Source: a candidate division WOR-3 bacterium (lineage in GTDB: Bacteria; Hydrothermota; Tepidihabitantia; Tepidihabitantales; DTDR01). Taken from it: DNA of 37,516 nt. Location: assembly GCA_039801885.1 (NCBI GenBank), contig JBDRVN010000011.1, positions 1 to 37,516 of the forward strand, read 5' to 3'. The notes beneath the pieces are model-generated. The model saw nothing but the letters and a program-made list of their open reading frames with translations. It was not told where the DNA came from and made no database searches. Positions 34,777 to 37,516 of the stretch are shown here, in pieces; the stretch's first letter is position 1, and every line of letters begins with the position of its first letter. The position numbers and the translations under genes are program-made.

Positions 34777-36108
34777 ATGATTAAGAAATTTATTTTCAAT
34801 GAAAAAAATTATTATTTATTTTGGCTAATTATTGTGACCTTAAGTTGTATATTCTTTTATATAATGGCAGTAGGAATTCAATACAAAAGAGAAAAACTCC
34901 AAATTGTTCACGGAGCCGACCCAATGTATTACTTCTCTTATGTTAGGTCAATAGCGATTGATTTTGATTTAAATCTTAAAAACGAATACGAATATTTTAA
35001 TATTAAAGAAAAAATCAACCCAAAGACCGGTTACCCAATAAACAAATATCCCGTTGGCTTCCCCTTACTTATTCTTCCCTTTTTCTATCTTACCCATTTA
35101 ATAATTCTTTTTTTTAATTTCCTTGGTTTTAAAATTGTGAGTGATGGCTTTTCTCTTCCTTACCAACTTTCTTTTTGTTATGCGAGTATTTTATATGGTT
35201 ATTTAGGTTTGATAATAACATACCATTTATGTAAAAAGTATTTTTCGCCTTTTATTTGTTTCCTTTCTCTCTCTATTATTTTATTGGCTACCAATATATT
35301 ATATTATTTTTTAAAAGGTCCCTATTATTCTCATTTAACTTCATTTTTTGTGAGCAGTCTTTTTATTCTCTTTTGGTTAGAAACTTTTAAAGAAAGAAAT
35401 CTTTATAAATATTTTCTTATGGGAGTTTTTGGTTCCTTATTAGCAATCATTAGACTACAAGATATCATCTTTCTTTTACTTCCTTTTATTTCTTTTTTAT
35501 ATTTTAAAATTAAAAAGATAAAAGAACTCATTCCTTCTTTAAAGCATATCTTTGCTTTTTTAGTCGGAACGATGCCTTTCTTTTTAATTCAAATGCTTGC
35601 CTACAAAATTATTTTTGGCTCTTTTTTAGCTTATTCCTATGGTGAAGAAAAATTTATTTATGCCTTCTCACCAAAAATATTTCCGGTTCTCTTTTCTTCC
35701 AGACACGGACTTATTAGTTGGCATCCGCTTATTCTTTTTTGCCTTTTGGGACTTTTAATCAGTAATCGCCATCGGATAATCACGCTTTTGCTTTTCCTTG
35801 TCTTTCTAATGCAACTTTATATAATCAGTTCCTGGCATTGCTGGTACTTTGGATATTCTTTTGGTCATAGGGCTTTTATCAGTTCTTTGCCGATATTTGC
35901 TTTTGGTCTATCTTCTTTTATTCATAGTTTAAATAAAAAATTATCATTAAAATATATCTTTTTATTATCTTTGCCTTTTATATTTTGGAATTTTATTATG
36001 ATGTTGGCTTATCTTACTGAAATTATTCCTCCTGATAACTATTTTCATTTTAAAGATTTGATTTTAAATTTAAAAAATATACCTAAACTGATTATCAAAA
36101 AATTATAA
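34777..36108 (+). CDS. GT-C fold (PMT/ArnT-like) membrane glycosyltransferase
   Basis: Many TMs; first loop with D...YFSYVRSI..D.DL.L.NE and KYP.G; LFSSRHGL..WHP; W..WY.G.SFG.R.F. Start moved to ATG 34777. Confidence 0.75.
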   Translation: MIKKFIFNEKNYYLFWLIIVTLSCIFFYIMAVGIQYKREKLQIVHGADPMYYFSYVRSIAIDFDLNLKNEYEYFNIKEKINPKTGYPINKYPVGFPLLILPFFYLTHLIILFFNFLGFKIVSDGFSLPYQLSFCYASILYGYLGLIITYHLCKKYFSPFICFLSLSIILLATNILYYFLKGPYYSHLTSFFVSSLFILFWLETFKERNLYKYFLMGVFGSLLAIIRLQDIIFLLLPFISFLYFKIKKIKELIPSLKHIFAFLVGTMPFFLIQMLAYKIIFGSFLAYSYGEEKFIYAFSPKIFPVLFSSRHGLISWHPLILFCLLGLLISNRHRIITLLLFLVFLMQLYIISSWHCWYFGYSFGHRAFISSLPIFAFGLSSFIHSLNKKLSLKYIFLLSLPFIFWNFIMMLAYLTEIIPPDNYFHFKDLILNLKNIPKLIIKKL

Positions 36109-36118
36109 GGAAAATCCC

Positions 36119-37516
36119 TTATCTAATAATAATTATCTTTTTTATTTTATCCTTCTTAATAAAGTATATCCCTTTCTTTATCTTTTCTTTTTTTATCTCT
36201 CTTCCTAAATAGTCATAAATTTTTATATCCTTACCATAACTCTTTTCCAAATGGTTAATTTTAAGAACTGTGGGAAGTTTTGTTGGAAAGTTAATCTTGA
36301 CTTGTTCGTTAATAGAAGAGAAGGGAGCCGTTCCTAAACTAAAATAGATTCCCTTTTCATAGCCCTCACCAGTAATTTTTAAGGTAAAATCTAAGATTGT
36401 GTCAGCCGGAGGAGAGCTAACAATAAAGAAATAGGGATTTTCGTTATTATTTCTTCTTTCATTAGGTAAGAGATTACCAATATTAAAAATTGATTCGCTA
36501 ATTACACAGTCATTATCTCGGGTTTTTAAAATTGCTCTTATATTATTTCCGGTTTCGTTACCAGAATTTTTTAAAGTTATTGATAATAATATTGGCTCAC
36601 CAACTTCAATAATTCCGTTATTATTTCCTAAAGAATCATTGATATAAAGACTTTCTAAGGTAATAAAGGGCAAAGAACTTCCCAAAGGTGTTTTTGTGCT
36701 TATCTTTATTGCCCGACCAGCAATTATTGTTGCTGCTGTTGGCTGATAACTACCATTAAAAAGATAGGTCAAACCAATCTCACCAAGATTATTCTGAATG
36801 CCCACAGTATTACTTAAAGCATTTGATACCGTATTATATTGAAAGAGAATTTCACCATCACCGGTTGGTGTTGGATAATAATTGGGGTCATAGAAGATTA
36901 CTTCAAATATTTCCCTTTGGTAGGAATTATCATAATGATAGAGATTGTAAAACTCAATTATGAAAGTATGGTTGCTATTATCGTAATATTGGTATACTAT
37001 CGGATCATTTTGCATTCTTCTTACCGTGCTTAAATCATCCCAAAAAGGCGCAATGATATTTGTGGGAATTTGACTATTAGGTAAATATAAATTTTCTCCG
37101 CTCCGATAACTCGTCCTGCCCATTGCCAAAAAACCGTTAGAAGAAATTGATATTGAGTCATAAAAGTTTCCGTAAAATTTAAATCTAAATGGTAAAGGAA
37201 TGGTTACTGTTGTATCATTTGCTTCGGAAACACCTGGTATTTGGGTTCCAATTGTTCTAATATCTATCCAGTTATAAGTTGGTGCGTTACCCGAAGAAAC
37301 ATCCGTATTGTCGTAAAGATAATAACCATAATAATCTGGTCCGGTTGGCAAGGTTGTGCTTGGTTCACCACAAGTTATAACAATTGAAAAGGAATCAGAA
37401 ATTTCGTAAGTATAATCATAGCCTTTTACATATAATTTTAAATGAATCTCCCTACCGGAAAGAACTAATGGCGATAGATAGAAACTAATCGGATCAGAAT
37501 TATTCGTCTTTGTTTG
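36119..37516 (-). CDS. C-terminal part of a large secreted protein, probably C25 (gingipain-like) family, with sorting tail
   Basis: The frame stays open from 37516 (QTKTNNSDP...), so the 37351 start is an artefact. Motifs PTGPDYYGYY.YD.TD, LPF.FKFYG, IAPFWDDL, GNNNG.IE.GE; tail IYDYLGREI...KGIYFI...KIIIIR. The catalytic domain is not in the window. Confidence 0.7.
   Translation of the reverse strand, partial: QTKTNNSDPISFYLSPLVLSGREIHLKLYVKGYDYTYEISDSFSIVITCGEPSTTLPTGPDYYGYYLYDNTDVSSGNAPTYNWIDIRTIGTQIPGVSEANDTTVTIPLPFRFKFYGNFYDSISISSNGFLAMGRTSYRSGENLYLPNSQIPTNIIAPFWDDLSTVRRMQNDPIVYQYYDNSNHTFIIEFYNLYHYDNSYQREIFEVIFYDPNYYPTPTGDGEILFQYNTVSNALSNTVGIQNNLGEIGLTYLFNGSYQPTAATIIAGRAIKISTKTPLGSSLPFITLESLYINDSLGNNNGIIEVGEPILLSITLKNSGNETGNNIRAILKTRDNDCVISESIFNIGNLLPNERRNNNENPYFFIVSSPPADTILDFTLKITGEGYEKGIYFSLGTAPFSSINEQVKINFPTKLPTVLKINHLEKSYGKDIKIYDYLGREIKKEKIKKGIYFIKKDKIKKIIIIR

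Noticed and set aside
1699-37033. Short ORFs lying opposite or inside long genes (e.g. 1699, 2896, 3242, 3648, 4248, 5391, 7708, 8192, 8733, 12288, 14280, 15628, 17513, 18368, 21078, 21280, 21744, 22689, 22799, 24252, 27940, 27966, 28805, 32855, 36839)
   Set aside because: Shadow frames of well-supported genes, with no recognisable motifs.
1-37516. CRISPR array, tRNA/rRNA genes, selenocysteine or stop-codon recoding
   Set aside because: No repeat-spacer periodicity seen; the only tRNA-like arm belongs to tmRNA; recognised genes are full length under the standard code.

Overview
This is an AT-rich bacterial chromosome segment. Its gene style suggests a WOR-3/FCB-type lineage (inference from PKD/beta-propeller lipoproteins, T9SS-like C-terminal tails, a gingipain-like protein and a DUF6754 operon). 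It carries a type I restriction-modification locus (hsdR-hsdM-hsdS, with hsdS cut by the window edge), a strip of decayed or orphan toxin-antitoxin genes, and several secreted proteins. A HAD-apbE-amrS-DUF4321 operon runs divergently from ferredoxin-fhs-trxB. Further along are a small block next to a probable IS1595 remnant, a bacterioferritin-SOD cluster, asnA, a four-gene DUF6754 membrane operon, tmRNA, nadC-ispG-nrdJ, a two-gene surface-protein operon, an SPL-like radical SAM gene with a small partner, a GT-C glycosyltransferase and the 3' part of a C25-like protein. The best candidate for an undescribed system is the DUF6754 operon (22375-25547). Two of its subunits look like paralogues predicted to sit on opposite membrane faces, suggesting a pseudo-symmetric transporter or transducer. 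Other signals are an Ig-like insertion in HsdR, a 27-bp probable IS end placed at promoter -35 positions, 25-bp IHF-like dyads, frequent 16-bp-spacer and leaderless promoters, and a terminator directly abutting the nadC start. All family calls are from motif recognition by eye; no database search was run.
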